DNA from: Vicinamibacterales bacterium
GTDB lineage: Bacteria; Acidobacteriota; Vicinamibacteria; Vicinamibacterales; CAVVIG01
Reading direction: 5' to 3'
Length of the DNA stretch: 64,000 bases
NCBI GenBank assembly: GCA_046331345.1
Contig: JAXLRA010000006.1
Coordinates: 623,614 to 687,613, forward strand
In this document: piece by piece, positions 9,075-17,123 of the stretch
How the letters are laid out: the number at the start of each line of letters is the position of its first letter
Position numbering within the stretch: position 1 is the first letter of the stretch
The notes under the pieces: generated by a model
The model's input: only the letters and a program-made list of their open reading frames with translations
What the model was told of the DNA's origin: nothing
Databases searched by the model: none
Made by a program: the position numbers and the translations under genes

Positions 9075-9190
9075 GGACTCCGGACTTCGGGCTTCAGGCT
9101 TCAGGGCTCGTCGACGTCAGGCCAGTCAGTCACTCGAGTCCGAAGCCGACCACGCGCAAAGCCCGGAGTCTGGCGCCCGAAGCCCCGGGC
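9075..9190. repeat. inverted heptad-type repeat between convergent genes (candidate bidirectional terminator)
   Basis: ggactcc ggacttc gggcttc aggcttc agggctc (9075-9109) is partly complementary to cgagtccgaagccgac...gcccggagtc...cccgaagccccggg (9134-9190). Confidence 0.55.
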
Positions 9191-9194
9191 GTGC

Positions 9195-9812
9195 TCAGAA
9201 ACGCGTAATCGGCACGCCGGCCTTGCACTGCGGGCACTCGGACGCCGTGTAGTTCGCGGGGGCCTTGAACTCGGCGAGCGTGATGTTCGGGACGCCGATG
9301 TCTACGATGGCTTCCAGGCGGTCGCAGATTTCGACCGTGGCAACCACGGTGCCGCCGGCGGCGGTGACGAGCTGCGCGCACTTCGCGAACGTCTCACCCG
9401 TATTGCGCACGTCGTCGGCGATGAGGACACGCTTCCCCCGCAGTTCGCGCTGGTAGTACGGGCGCAGCGAGTAGCCATATGTCCCCAGGTGGAACGGGGC
9501 GAACAGGCACGGCGGATGCGTGAGGCTGCGGCGGCTGTCGAGCAACCCGGCGATCGTGTGGGCCAGCAGCGCGCCGCCCGTGGCGGGGCCCGCCACCACC
9601 TCGACCTTCGACAGCAGGTCGCCCGGCATCAGGTCGAGCAGGTCCTGCGCAAGGCGCCAGATGGTCGATGGCTGCCGGAACAGCCCGTGCGGGTTCACGT
9701 ACGCCGCCCCGTGGTATCCGTTGCCGAAGTCGAAGTGCCCGTCTTCCATCAGCACTCCGGCGCTCCGCAGATCCTTCAGGGCCTTCTCGCGAATGTCAGC
9801 CTTCTTGTCCAT
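9195..9812 (-). CDS. type I phosphoribosyltransferase, OPRT-like paralog of unknown specificity
   Basis: It has the PRPP motif VLIADDVRNTGETF and a C-terminal CPQCKAGVPITRF knuckle resembling the pyrE tail. ATG 9812 (MDKKAD) is preferred over TTG 9827, which falls inside the GCCAATC repeat. Confidence 0.75.
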   Translation of the reverse strand: MDKKADIREKALKDLRSAGVLMEDGHFDFGNGYHGAAYVNPHGLFRQPSTIWRLAQDLLDLMPGDLLSKVEVVAGPATGGALLAHTIAGLLDSRRSLTHPPCLFAPFHLGTYGYSLRPYYQRELRGKRVLIADDVRNTGETFAKCAQLVTAAGGTVVATVEICDRLEAIVDIGVPNITLAEFKAPANYTASECPQCKAGVPITRF

Positions 9813-9817
9813 CAGGT

Positions 9818-9856
9818 GAATCGCCAATCGCTGGGTGCCAATCGCTACAGTGAACT
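9818..9856. repeat. heptad repeat tract (AATCGCC/AATCGCT type)
   Basis: gaatcgccaatcgctgggtgccaatcgctacagtgaactctagag lies between the pyrC stop and the PRTase start. Related GCCAATC/GATTGGC copies occur at 14822-14832 and 43851-43867. Confidence 0.6.
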
Positions 9857-11167
9857 CTAGAGGGCCACATCGACGGCGCTGTTCCGGTACACCACGCGTC
9901 CACCCACGATGGTGGCCGCTACACCGCCACGCAGTTCCCAGCCGTCGAACGGCGTGTTCTTCGACTTCGACTTCATCGACTTCGCGTCGACCTTCACCGG
10001 CATGTCCGGCGCAAGCACGGTGATGTCTGCCGGCGCCCCCTCATGGAGCGAGCCGCCCGGCACGCGCAGGATGCGCGCCGGGTTCACCGACAGCAGTTCC
10101 ACGAACCGCGCGAACGTGATGTGGCCCGGGTGCACCAGGCGGTCGAAGCAGAGCGAGACGCAGGTCTCGAGGCCGGTGATGCCGAACGGCGCGCGGTCGA
10201 ACTCGACGTGCTTCTCGTCGTAGTGATGCGGGGCGTGGTCGGTGGCGATCACGTCGACGCTGCCGTCGATGATCCCCTGCAGCATGGCGTCGCGATCCGC
10301 GGTCTCGCGGAGCGGCGGGTTCATCTTCGTGTTCGTGTCGTAGGGCACCGGCGACGCCACCGCATCGTCGGTGAGGATGAAGTGGTGCGGCGCCACCTCG
10401 CAGGTGACGTTCGCGCCGCGGGACTTGCCGTAGCGGACGGCGTCCAGCGTCTGGCGCGCGCTCATGTGAGCGATGTGGATGCGGCCCCCGGTGAGCTCGG
10501 CGAGCGCGATGTCGCGCTGCGCCATGATCGACTCGGCCTCGCCGGGAATGCCGCGCAGGCCGAGTTTCGACGCGACGAGCCCCTCGTGCGCCACGCCGTC
10601 GCCCTTGAGCGAGGGGTCTTCACAGTGCTCGATGACGAGCATGTCGAACATCTTCGTGTACTCGAGGGCGCGCCTCGCGAGCAGTGCCGTCCGGATCGGA
10701 TGCCCGTCGTCGGTGACGGCGACACAGCCCGCCTCCTTCAGCTCGCCGAGTTCCGCCATCTGCTCGCCCTTCTGCCCGACCGAGACCGCGCCGATCGGGT
10801 AGACGCGCGCCAGGTTGGCCTCAGCCGCCTTCTTGAGGACGTACTGCGTGACCCCGCCGTTGTCGTTCACCGGCGAGGTGTTCGGCATGCAGGCCACGGC
10901 GGTGAAGCCGCCGGTCACCGCCGACAGCGTGCCGGTGGCGACGGTCTCCTTGTGCTCCTGCCCGGGCTCGCGCAGGTGCACGTGCATGTCGATCAGTCCG
11001 GGCGTGAGCACCAGGTGCGCCGGGATCGGCACCACCTCGGTGCCGGCCTCCGCGGTCAGGTTGGTCCCGATGCGGGCGATGCGACCATCCTCGATGAGGA
11101 TGTCGAACACGCCATCACGTCCATTGGCCGGGTCGACGACCCGCCCGCCCTTAAGCAGCCGCTTCAT
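9857..11167 (-). CDS. pyrC: dihydroorotase
   Basis: ORF 9857..11284 trimmed to ATG 11167 ([16 protein letters not shown]...[18 protein letters not shown]). It has the HxH metal motif, and DHAPH later in the sequence. Confidence 0.92.
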   Translation of the reverse strand: MKRLLKGGRVVDPANGRDGVFDILIEDGRIARIGTNLTAEAGTEVVPIPAHLVLTPGLIDMHVHLREPGQEHKETVATGTLSAVTGGFTAVACMPNTSPVNDNGGVTQYVLKKAAEANLARVYPIGAVSVGQKGEQMAELGELKEAGCVAVTDDGHPIRTALLARRALEYTKMFDMLVIEHCEDPSLKGDGVAHEGLVASKLGLRGIPGEAESIMAQRDIALAELTGGRIHIAHMSARQTLDAVRYGKSRGANVTCEVAPHHFILTDDAVASPVPYDTNTKMNPPLRETADRDAMLQGIIDGSVDVIATDHAPHHYDEKHVEFDRAPFGITGLETCVSLCFDRLVHPGHITFARFVELLSVNPARILRVPGGSLHEGAPADITVLAPDMPVKVDAKSMKSKSKNTPFDGWELRGGVAATIVGGRVVYRNSAVDVAL

Positions 11168-12080
11168 GTTCAACTCCGCCGGCCAGGAGATAGAGCACCG
11201 CCATCCGGACGGCCACGCCGTTGGCGACCTGTTCGAGGATGACCGAGTACGGACCGTCGGCCACCTCGGAGGCAATCTCGACACCGCGATTCATCGGTCC
11301 CGGATGCATGATGATCACATCCGGTTTCGCGAGCGCGACCCGCGCCTCCGTCATTCCGAAGAGGTTGAAGTATTCGCGCAGCGAGGGGAAGAACGCCCCC
11401 TGCATCCGCTCCTGCTGGATGCGCAGCATCATCACCGCGTCGGCATCCCGCACCGCCTCGTCGACCGACGAGGTGACCGAGACACCGAGCTGGTCGATCC
11501 CGCGCGGCACCAGCGTCGGCGGGCCGCTCACCACGACGTGCGCGCCCAGCTTGGTCAGGAGCGCGATGTTCGAGCGCAGCACGCGGGAGTGCAGCAGGTC
11601 GCCGACGATGGCGACCTTGAGCCCCTCGATGCGCTGCTTGTGCTGGCGAATGGTGAACGCGTCGAGCAGCGCCTGCGTCGGGTGCTCGTGGAGGCCGTCG
11701 CCCGCGTTGATGATGCGGGACTTGCAGATGCGCGACAGCAGGTTGCAGGCGCCGGAGGAGGCATGCCGCAGGACGATCATGTCCGGCGACATCGCCTCGA
11801 TGTTCATCGCGGTGTCGGCGAGGGTCTCGCCCTTCAGCACGCTCGACGCCGCCACGGCGATGTTGAGCGTGTCCGCACTCAGCCGCTTCTCGGCGATCTC
11901 GAACGACGTCCGCGTGCGCGTGCTCGGCTCGTAGAACAGGTTCACGACCGTCTTGCCGCGGAGCGTCGGGACCTTCTTGATCGGACGCTCGCCGATCTCG
12001 CGCATGGCGATCGCCGTGTCGAGCACCCGGTAGATGTCGTCCGCGGTGAGGTCGTCGATGCTGAGCAGATCCTTCTTCAT
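11151..12080 (-). CDS. pyrB: aspartate carbamoyltransferase catalytic subunit
   Basis: It has the STRTR motif ([13 protein letters not shown]), HPTQ and the HPGPMNRG motif. It overlaps the pyrC start by 17 nt. Confidence 0.95.
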   Translation of the reverse strand: MKKDLLSIDDLTADDIYRVLDTAIAMREIGERPIKKVPTLRGKTVVNLFYEPSTRTRTSFEIAEKRLSADTLNIAVAASSVLKGETLADTAMNIEAMSPDMIVLRHASSGACNLLSRICKSRIINAGDGLHEHPTQALLDAFTIRQHKQRIEGLKVAIVGDLLHSRVLRSNIALLTKLGAHVVVSGPPTLVPRGIDQLGVSVTSSVDEAVRDADAVMMLRIQQERMQGAFFPSLREYFNLFGMTEARVALAKPDVIIMHPGPMNRGVEIASEVADGPYSVILEQVANGVAVRMAVLYLLAGGVEHEAAA

Positions 12081-12607
12081 TCCTGGATCTCCACTTCGTC
12101 GGTCCCGTCCACTTCCGTGAGGCGCACCTGGACGCTCTGCGAGAGCGAGGTCGGCAGGTTCTTGCCCACGTAGTCCGCCTTGATCGGCAGTTCGCGGTGA
12201 CCGCGATCGACGAGCACCACCAGCTGGATGGACTTGGGCCGGCCGAATTCGAGCAGCGCGTCCAGCGCCGCCCGGATCGTCCGTCCCGTGTAGAGCACGT
12301 CGTCCACCAGGAGGATGCGCCTGTCGTCGATCGAGAACGTGATGTTGGTCTGGCCCACGACCGGCTGCGCGCCGATCGAGTGGCGCATCAGGTCGTCGCG
12401 GTAGAGCGTGATGTCGAGGGCGCCGACCGGCACCTCGTGCCCGGCGATCTCCCCGACCTGGTGCGCAAGGCGGCGGGCGAGCGGCACCCCGCGGCGCTGG
12501 ATGCCGACGAACGCCAGCTCCTCGACGCCGCGGCTGCGCTCCACGATTTCGTGGGCGATGCGCGTCAGCGTGCGGCCGATACGGTTGGCGTCGAGCACTA
12601 CAGCCAT
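12077..12607 (-). CDS. pyrR: bifunctional pyr operon regulator / uracil phosphoribosyltransferase PyrR
   Basis: ORF trimmed to ATG 12607 ([24 protein letters not shown]...). It has LDITLYRDD and the PRPP motif [13 protein letters not shown]. It overlaps the pyrB start by 4 nt. Confidence 0.92.
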   Translation of the reverse strand: MAVVLDANRIGRTLTRIAHEIVERSRGVEELAFVGIQRRGVPLARRLAHQVGEIAGHEVPVGALDITLYRDDLMRHSIGAQPVVGQTNITFSIDDRRILLVDDVLYTGRTIRAALDALLEFGRPKSIQLVVLVDRGHRELPIKADYVGKNLPTSLSQSVQVRLTEVDGTDEVEIQE

Positions 12608-12732
12608 GCGGAAGCCGGCCTTTCCGTCGACCGGTGCAGACGCACGGCCCACGACAGGTGGTGCAGGAACAGGGACGAGAGGTGCGGAGGCGTATGCGGC
12701 GGACGCCGCGTCTGGCGAGCAGGGTTCGTCAT
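12598..12732 (-). other. candidate 44-codon leader ORF overlapping the pyrR start (speculative)
   Basis: ATG 12732 is preceded by GAAGAGG. The peptide is [44 protein letters not shown]. Its TAG stop at 12598-12600 lies 10 nt inside pyrR. Confidence 0.25.
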
Positions 12733-12745
12733 GAGGACCTCTTCG

Positions 12746-12758
12746 CAGCCTCGCTGGG
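12746..12758 (-). promoter_or_regulatory. candidate PyrR-binding RNA box
   Basis: The minus-strand RNA reads GGCCCAGCGAGGCUGCGAAGAGGUCCUCAUG. Its core CCAGCGAGGCU resembles the remembered PyrR box UCCAGAGAGGCU. It sits directly 5' of the leader-ORF Shine-Dalgarno and ATG. Confidence 0.4.
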
Positions 12759-12789
12759 CCGCGTTAAAGAAGACAGGGATGAGTATACC

Positions 12790-12894
12790 GGAATTGCAGA
12801 TTGCAGAATTCAGATTGCAGATTCGATTGCAGAATTCCAATCCGACATCGGCGAATTCCAGTTCTGAAATCTGCAATCTGAAATCTGCAATTCC
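12790..12894. repeat. inverted heptad repeat (CAGATTG x5 / CAATCTG arms) in the pyrR/pyrK divergent region
   Basis: Left arm: ggaattg cagattg cagaatt cagattg cagattc. Right arm: gaattcc agttctg aaatctg caatctg aaatctg caattcc. Confidence 0.85.
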
Positions 12895-12915
12895 TGCGGT
12901 TGCTATACTGCCCTG

Positions 12916-13728
12916 ATGCCCCTCGACGTTGCTGCCGCGGTGATCGCGAATACGCGGCTGTCGCACGACTACAACGTGCTCGCGCTCCAGGCGCCGGAGA
13001 TTGCGGCGACGGCCGTGCCTGGACAGTTCGTCATGGTGAAGGCTGCGGCCGGCCATGACCCGCTCCTGCGGCGCCCGTTCTCCGTCTTCGAAATCCTGCG
13101 GGACCATGACGGCCGGGCCACGGGCCTCTCCATCCTGATCAAGCGCATCGGCCCGTCCACGCGCCTCCTCTACGATGCGAAGGTCGGCGACACAGTCGCC
13201 TGCCTCGGACCGCTCGGTCAGCCGTTCACGCTGGTCGATCCGCCCGAAGAGGGCTGGATGATCGCCGGCGGCGTGGGGCTCGCGCCGTTCTGGACGCTGG
13301 CCGAGGCGCTCGTCGCCAGGCACGTGAAGACCACGCTCTTCTATGGGGCGCGGAAGGGCGACGAACTCTTCTACCTGGACTTCTTCCGGAACCTCGGCGT
13401 CGACCTGGTGCTCACGACCGAAGACGGGAGCCTGGGCGAGAAGGGGCGCATCATCGCCCCGCTCGACCGAGCGCTCGCGTCGCGCCCGCAGGACGACGCC
13501 GTGACGCTGTATGCGTGCGGGCCGGAGGGCATGCTCGAGGCAACGGCACACACCGCCGCGAAGTACGGGCGGCGCTGCGAGGTGTCGGTGGAGCGAATCA
13601 TGGGCTGCGGCATGGGCGGCTGCTACAGCTGCATCGTGCCGATGAAGACCCCCTCGGGCGGCTTCCATCACGTGCGCTCGTGCATTGCGGGGCCGGTGCT
13701 CGACGCCGCCCAGATCGTGTGGGACTGA
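12916..13728 (+). CDS. pyrK: dihydroorotate dehydrogenase electron-transfer subunit
   Basis: It has an FAD/NAD-binding fold (RRPFSV, GGVGLAP) and a C-terminal 2Fe-2S Cys cluster (MGCGMGGCYSCIV...SCIAGP). Confidence 0.9.
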   Translation: MPLDVAAAVIANTRLSHDYNVLALQAPEIAATAVPGQFVMVKAAAGHDPLLRRPFSVFEILRDHDGRATGLSILIKRIGPSTRLLYDAKVGDTVACLGPLGQPFTLVDPPEEGWMIAGGVGLAPFWTLAEALVARHVKTTLFYGARKGDELFYLDFFRNLGVDLVLTTEDGSLGEKGRIIAPLDRALASRPQDDAVTLYACGPEGMLEATAHTAAKYGRRCEVSVERIMGCGMGGCYSCIVPMKTPSGGFHHVRSCIAGPVLDAAQIVWD

Positions 13729-13729
13729 C

Positions 13730-14704
13730 ATGAGCGCGCAGGAGGTTGGAGGTTCGAGGTTGGAGGTTGGGCAGACGGACACGGCCCCCATCGATCTTTC
13801 GGTGAAGATCGGCTCACTGACACTCGCGAATCCGGTGATGTCGGCGAGCGGGTGCTTCGGCTACGGCGTCGAGTATGCCGGCGTGGTCGACCTCGCGTCG
13901 CTCGGTGGCGTCGTCGTGAAGGGGCTGTTCCTCAAGGAACGCCAGGGTCATCCTGCGCCGCGCATCGTCGAGACGCCGGCCGGCATGATCAACGCGATCG
14001 GGCTGCAGGGGATCGGCGTCCACCGGTTCGTCAGCGAGAAGCTGCCGGAACTGCGGGAGCGCGGGGCCACCGTTGTGGTCAACGTGTGCGGCACCAGCGT
14101 TGATGAGTATGCGGAGGTCTCGCGCATCCTCTCGGATGCGGAAGGTGTCCACGCGCTCGAGCTCAACATCTCGTGCCCGAACATCAAGGAAGGCGGCATC
14201 CAGTTCGGCTGCAGCCTGGGAGGCACCCACGACGTGGTCAGCGCGGTGCGCAAGGTCACCCGGCTGCCGATCATCCCGAAGCTCACGCCGAACGTGACCG
14301 ACCCCGCCTCGTTCGCGCGGTCGGCCGAAGAGGCGGGTGCCGATGCGGTCTCGCTGGTGAACACCTTCCTCGCGCTGGCCATCGACGTGGAGACCCGGCG
14401 GCCCAAGATCTCGAACGGCATGGGCGGGCTGAGCGGCCCGGCCATCCGGCCCATCGCCGTGCGCATGGTCTACGAGTGCGCGCAGGCGGTGAAGATCCCG
14501 GTGATCGGCATGGGCGGCATCATGGACGCCCGCGATGCGCTGGAGTTCATGATTGCCGGCGCCACCGCGGTGCAGGTCGGCACGGCCAACTTCGTCGACC
14601 CGCTCATCTGGAACACGATCATCAACGGCATCACCGACTACATGCGCCGCCACAACATCAGCAAGGCCGCCGACCTGGTCGGCTCGGTGAACATGAAGCA
14701 CTGA
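13730..14704 (+). CDS. pyrD: dihydroorotate dehydrogenase (class 1B) catalytic subunit
   Basis: It reads LANPVMSASGCFGYG...NISCPNIKEGG...GGLSGPAIRPIA. ATG 13730 is coupled to the pyrK stop (TGAcATG). An alternative GTG at 13802 would give MKIGSLTLANPV. Confidence 0.9.
   Translation: MSAQEVGGSRLEVGQTDTAPIDLSVKIGSLTLANPVMSASGCFGYGVEYAGVVDLASLGGVVVKGLFLKERQGHPAPRIVETPAGMINAIGLQGIGVHRFVSEKLPELRERGATVVVNVCGTSVDEYAEVSRILSDAEGVHALELNISCPNIKEGGIQFGCSLGGTHDVVSAVRKVTRLPIIPKLTPNVTDPASFARSAEEAGADAVSLVNTFLALAIDVETRRPKISNGMGGLSGPAIRPIAVRMVYECAQAVKIPVIGMGGIMDARDALEFMIAGATAVQVGTANFVDPLIWNTIINGITDYMRRHNISKAADLVGSVNMKH
13741..13771. repeat. GGAGGTT heptad tract inside the annotated 5' end of pyrD
   Basis: ggaggtt ggaggtt cgaggtt ggaggtt ggg is the reverse complement of the CAACCTC units at 2567-2580. 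Confidence 0.7.
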
Positions 14705-14732
14705 TCTCACGCCACCGCCGAGGACGCTGAGG

Positions 14733-14767
14733 ACGCGGAGCACAATCCATCCAGAACGACTCCGCGT
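14733..14767 (+). promoter_or_regulatory. intercistronic hairpin with a PyrR-box-like loop (weak candidate)
   Basis: An 8-bp stem (ACGCGGAG / CTCCGCGT) encloses the loop cacaAUCCAUCCAGAAcga, between pyrD and pyrF. Confidence 0.25.
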
Positions 14768-14833
14768 TCTCCACGAGCTTCGTGGTGGTGAGTTGGCGCT
14801 TTGGCGCGCCTGAAGACTAGCGATTGGCAATCC

Positions 14834-15538
14834 ATGAACGAACTGCTCGTAGCCCTCGACGTCGACACCATCGACGAAGCACGTGCCCTCACCAACCAGC
14901 TCCGCGGCTGGGTTGGTGGATTCAAGATTGGCAGCCGCCTCTTCACCGCGAAGGGCCCGGCGTTCGTGGAGGAACTCGTGGCGCGCGGCGACCGCGTATT
15001 CCTCGACCTGAAGTTCCACGACATCCCGAACACCGTGGCCGGTGCCGTGGCGGCGGCCACGCGTCTGGGCGTGTGGATGGTGAACGTCCACGCCGGCGGC
15101 GGCCTCGACATGATGAAGGCGGCGCGGCAGGCCGCTGACGAGGAGGCGGTGAAGGCCTCCATGCAGCCGCCGATGGTCATCGCCGTCACGGTGCTCACCA
15201 GCTTCAGCCAGGACGGCATCGCTGCGACCGGCATCACATCGGCGATTCCCGACCAGGTGCGCCGTCTGGCCCTGCTCGCGCAGCAGGCAGGACTCGACGG
15301 TGTCGTGGCCTCCCCTCAGGAGATCGGCCTCATTCGCGAGGCCTGCGACCCGCGCTTCGCGATCGTCACCCCGGGCATCCGCGGCGCGTCCGATGCGAAG
15401 GGCGATCAGAACCGTACGGCGTCGGCCTCGGGCGCGCTCGCAGCGGGCGCCAGCTACCTCGTGGTCGGTCGGCCGATCATCGCCGCGCCGGATCCCCGCG
15501 CCGCCGCCCAGAAGATGGCGGAGGAGTGCGGCAAGTAG
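14834..15538 (+). CDS. pyrF: orotidine 5'-phosphate decarboxylase
   Basis: ORF trimmed to ATG 14834 (MNELLVALDVDT...FKIG...FLDLKFHDIPNTV), with the DxKxxD catalytic motif. Confidence 0.93.
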   Translation: MNELLVALDVDTIDEARALTNQLRGWVGGFKIGSRLFTAKGPAFVEELVARGDRVFLDLKFHDIPNTVAGAVAAATRLGVWMVNVHAGGGLDMMKAARQAADEEAVKASMQPPMVIAVTVLTSFSQDGIAATGITSAIPDQVRRLALLAQQAGLDGVVASPQEIGLIREACDPRFAIVTPGIRGASDAKGDQNRTASASGALAAGASYLVVGRPIIAAPDPRAAAQKMAEECGK

Positions 15539-15697
15539 GGCGGGCAAGGCTGGAAGGGCGGGTGGGGCTGCCCTGAAAGGCGGCCGGGCAGGCCGGACCG
15601 CGGGCAGAGACACGAAGGGCCGGGTTGGCCGGGGAAACACGCGGGAGGGACCTGAGTCCGACCCGCCGTGCCTGCCCTGCCCGCCCGGCCCTTTGCG

Positions 15698-16273
15698 TTA
15701 CTTCGCGGTGATGATGAAGTGGCCGCGACGGTTCTGCGACCAGCAGGACTCGTCTTCCGTCGTGCAGAAGGGCTGTTCCTTGCCCTTGCTGATGACGGTG
15801 ATACGCGACGCGTTCACGCCAAGGCCCACCAGGTAGTCCTTGACCGCGTTCGCGCGGCGCGTGCCCAGCGCCAGGTTGTATTCCGAGCTGCCGCGCGAGT
15901 CACAGTGGCCTTCCACCGTGATACCCGTGCTGGTCCAGCGCTTCAGCCAGTCCGCATTCTTCGAGAGCGACGCCTTGGCGTCGTCGCGAATCGCGGATTC
16001 GTCGAGATCGAAGAACACGTCGCCCAGCGGCTTCTCCGCGTTCAGCTGATCCAGTGACTTCTGCGCGAAGATCTCGTCCTCCGTCAGCTGCCGCGGAGGC
16101 GGCGGTGGCGGTGGGGGCGGCGGCGGTGGTGGCGGCGGCGGTGGTGCTGGCGCGGCCGGCGGGGGCGGCGGGGGCGGCGCAGGCGCCGGGGGCGGTACCT
16201 TCTTGGCGCACGCGCCCACGGTCATCACCGTGGTCAGCGCCAGTGCTGTCATCCAAACGTGCTTCCGGGTCAT
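15698..16273 (-). CDS. pal: peptidoglycan-associated lipoprotein (OmpA-like domain) with a long Pro/Ala linker
   Basis: ATG 16273 gives a lipobox (MTVGAC). A linker of about 45 residues rich in P/A includes a long poly-Pro run. The OmpA_C domain reads TVEGHCDSRGSSEYNLALGTRRANAVKDYL. Confidence 0.85.
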   Translation of the reverse strand: MTRKHVWMTALALTTVMTVGACAKKVPPPAPAPPPPPPPAAPAPPPPPPPPPPPPPPPPPRQLTEDEIFAQKSLDQLNAEKPLGDVFFDLDESAIRDDAKASLSKNADWLKRWTSTGITVEGHCDSRGSSEYNLALGTRRANAVKDYLVGLGVNASRITVISKGKEQPFCTTEDESCWSQNRRGHFIITAK

Positions 16274-16354
16274 CGTCACACTCCTGGTGGAGAGTCGCAG
16301 CTTACAAAGCGTACGCGCAGGTGTCAATTCTTCATAAGACTACAATGACGTGCG

Positions 16355-17104
16355 ATGGACCACCTGCTGCGCGCGACAGCCCTCGCCGAACAACGTCATT
16401 TCTGGTTTCGAGGCTTCCGTGCCTTTGTCTCTCCGCTGCTCGAACGGGCTGCGGCCGGACGCCAGGCGCTCCGTCTGCTCGATTGCGGCTGTGGAACCGG
16501 CAACAATCTCGCTTTGCTCGGACGCTACGGCCGGGCCTTCGGTTTCGACCTCACCGCCAGTGGCCTCGAGTTCGGCCGGCAATCCGGTCGCACGCGGCTC
16601 GCCCGCGCGTCGATCGGTGCCATTCCCTTCCAGGACGCCTCCTTCGATATCGTCACTTCGTTCGATGTTCTGTATTCCCTGCCCGACCCGGTCGAGCAGT
16701 CGGCCGCCCGTGAGATGTTCCGCGTCGCACGGCCGGGCGCCTGGCTGATTATCAACGTGGCGGCCATGGAAATGCTCCGGGGCGACCACTCGGTGCTGAG
16801 CCACGAACTCCGCCGCTACAGCCGCGAGAGCCTGTCGGCCCTGCTCACGGGCGCCGGATTCCGCATCGAACGTATCACGTATACGAACGCCGTGCTCTTC
16901 CCTCCGATGGCGCTCGCGCGCGCCGTCCAGCGTGTACGGGGCCTGTCCGCGGAGCAGGAGGCCGATCAGGAGATCAGCGTGCCCGCCGCTCCGGTCAATG
17001 CCGTATTGACAGCCGCCCTGATGCTGGAGGCCGCCTGGGTCCGCGCCGGGATCAACAATCCCGCCGGCAGTTCCCTCCTGTGCCTGGCGAGGAAGCCCGC
17101 CTGA
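16355..17104 (+). CDS. class I SAM-dependent methyltransferase
   Basis: It has the motif I sequence LLDCGCGTGNN and FDIVTSFDVLYSL. Confidence 0.8.
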   Translation: MDHLLRATALAEQRHFWFRGFRAFVSPLLERAAAGRQALRLLDCGCGTGNNLALLGRYGRAFGFDLTASGLEFGRQSGRTRLARASIGAIPFQDASFDIVTSFDVLYSLPDPVEQSAAREMFRVARPGAWLIINVAAMEMLRGDHSVLSHELRRYSRESLSALLTGAGFRIERITYTNAVLFPPMALARAVQRVRGLSAEQEADQEISVPAAPVNAVLTAALMLEAAWVRAGINNPAGSSLLCLARKPA

Positions 17105-17123
17105 CACCAGGAGCCTTCAGAAT

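Noticed and set aside
12895-12915. TATACT at 12904-12909, only 6 nt before the pyrK ATG, as a -10 box for a leaderless pyrK mRNA
   Set aside because: I found no convincing -35 at the proper spacing, and a single hexamer is not enough evidence. It is worth checking with TSS mapping, but it is not reported as a feature.
15539-15697. G-run/C-run-rich 160-nt spacer between pyrF and pal as a possible tRNA or sRNA gene
   Set aside because: No cloverleaf or conserved tRNA boxes could be traced. The region looks like an imperfect GC-rich inverted repeat (GGGCGGGCA...GCCTGCCCTGCCCGCCC) between convergent genes, so it is probably a terminator. I am not confident enough to list it as a feature.
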